Shown piece after piece: positions 62,561-64,000 of a DNA stretch of 64,000 nucleotides. Source of the DNA: Lama glama (Eukaryota); the NCBI GenBank assembly GCA_028534125.1, contig CM052838.1, positions 62,992,001 to 63,056,000 of the forward strand, read 5' to 3'. How positions within the stretch are numbered: the stretch's first letter is position 1; each line of letters starts with the position of its first letter. Position numbers and translations under genes: made by a program. The notes beneath the pieces were generated by a model. The model did not search any database and had not been told where the DNA came from. It worked only from the letters and a program-made list of their open reading frames with translations.

Positions 62561-63064
62561 GGGGCAGACAGAGGATAGATGAAATAAAAGAACTCACTGG
62601 AGCTAAATTAATAATTTTACATATACTACAGTATAATTTGTATTACATATAAGAATTGTATATTTTACATATAACAAGTGTGCCTACCATTCGTACTAAC
62701 AGTCACTGTTTCTTAGATTTGTAATCCTGCCTTAATTAAATTTGCAATAAAGTTAATAGGAATAAACTGGGGCGAACTTGACATGACTCGCGTTGTCTCC
62801 GTCACACAGCCCTCGTGTGTGAGGGCATCTGAATGCACCTGATGCAACGAGTATTTCTCAAATCGTGACACTCAGCGGTGTCTGCCTCAGGGACCCAGAG
62901 GGTCAGCACCAAACGTGCGCGGTCAGCGTTCTTCCAGGTGGAGGCCCCCCAGTACCCGGACCCCCACCAGCATCCTTTGAGCAGCTATTTAGCAGCTGAC
63001 CTAAGTGCCTTGCCCTCTGAGGTGCTCTTGGGTTTGCCTCTTCTGAGCATCCTCTAGGTGAGAG

Positions 63065-63150
63065 ATGGTCTTGGGTAAGTCACTGAAAGTCTCTGAACTT
63101 CATCTTTTTTTTCCATCTGCAAATGATACCATAAAAAATACTCAATAAAT
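63065..63150 (+). mobile_element. MIR fragment
   Basis: tggtcttgggtaagtcactgaaagtctctgaacttca..tttt.ccatctgcaaatg. Confidence 0.7.
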
Positions 63151-63229
63151 AGACCCTGTTTGGCTGGCCATTAGCACGTGCTGACGACCAGCTATTACAT
63201 ATCATCCTGGTCTCATCACCGGGAGTTTT

Positions 63230-63620
63230 CACTTGGTTTTAATTGCTTCTTTTTTAAGAGAATGCAATTAACAAGTCTTCAAATAATGTGGCATTTCTAA
63301 TAATGTCCAAACAAGCTGAAATTCAGTGAGATTCAACAAAACCCGGATTATTAAAAATGATTTTAATGATGTATTCTATGCGATTGATTCAAGAACATGT
63401 AAATAAATGCACAAATTCATTTTGGCATCATTTTTCATGAAACAATCAATGTAATTAAAAGTATCACTGGTCAAAACTTAGTTAACATTTTCATGTTTCT
63501 CTGACAAAGCAGAATGAATCACCAGCAAGGACAAATACCTCTAACAGCGAGAGAAAAAAAATCTGTCTTATAGTAAGAGAAATTAGCTATAGTTAATGTT
63601 TTTAGGTAAATTTATTCCCA
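63230..63620. promoter_or_regulatory. AT-rich CNE-like element
   Basis: ATTGATT at 63383-63389, AATCAAT at 63444-63450, GTAAATAA at 63399, AACAAT, GGATTA, TAATTAA. Confidence 0.3.
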
Positions 63621-63789
63621 GTCCTCAGATACATATGATGAAACACCGCCCAGCAGACAGTATCAGAAGTGAAGATTCAGTCTCCCGGGGCTGGTTTAGG
63701 AACCAATGACATCTGAACAGTCAAGGGCTTTAAGACTGGTTCCAACCCCGCGATGCCTCAAACACTTGGCTTTCTGAAATTTCCTTTTT

Positions 63790-64000
63790 CTTCTTTTTTT
63801 AGGTGAGATGTAATTGATGTAACGTTACATAAGTTAATGTGTAATTTTCAGGTGTCCAGTGTGTTGATTTGATACATTTATATATTGCAATCAATATGAA
63901 TACCATCTTAGCATTAGCAACACTTTATCATTTCACATAATTGTGTGTGTGTGTGTGTGTGTGGCGAGACCATTTAAGATCTAGTCTCTTAACATCTTTG
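63790..64000 (-). mobile_element. L1 3' end (L1MA9-like, laurasiatherian), running off the window; contains (TG)11 at 63942-63963
   Basis: T-tail, then tgagatgtaattga...gtgttgatttgatacatttatatattgcaa...gtggcgagaccatttaagatctagtctctta. Confidence 0.85.

Noticed and set aside
1-62600. The ORF track as protein-coding genes
   Set aside because: ORFs overlap in all frames, many use non-ATG starts, they are rich in Pro/Gly/Arg/Ala/Ser as expected from GC-rich DNA, they cross repeats, and they show no recognisable domain.
1-64000. CRISPR arrays, operons, tRNA/rRNA, intact transposase or retroviral ORFs
   Set aside because: None seen. The sequence is eukaryotic and all mobile elements are short, non-coding relics.

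Overview
This is mammalian nuclear DNA, most likely a cetartiodactyl and plausibly a camelid. It carries a cetartiodactyl-type L1 3' end, and I could not find Alu, Bov-A/BovB, CHR or PRE-1 SINEs. It comes from a draft assembly with four N-runs. I can support no protein-coding gene, RNA gene or prokaryotic feature. The supplied ORFs are what GC-rich non-coding DNA yields by chance, and none resembles a protein I recognise. The window reads as a large intron or gene desert in a GC-rich isochore. Old eutherian repeats (MIR, L2, MLT1 MaLR LTRs, MER3, MER20, hAT-Charlie, L1M) are interleaved with about 15 unique AT-rich islands dense in homeodomain, SOX, FOX, TALE and bZIP motifs, plus an orphan CpG island near 28 kb. 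This pattern is typical of enhancer arrays around developmental regulators (inference; host gene not identified). I found no convincing new biological system. The best leads are: (i) three short N-runs lying inside unique CNE-like sequence, possibly masked highly conserved elements; (ii) a hairpin-rich, CpG-retaining element at 19.4-19.6 kb; (iii) candidate enhancers with paired or palindromic motif grammar; (iv) apparent GC-biased decay of ancestral repeats; (v) a candidate 36/40-nt exon at 59.35 kb. Repeat names come from recalled consensus sequences, not a RepeatMasker run, and repeat boundaries are approximate.
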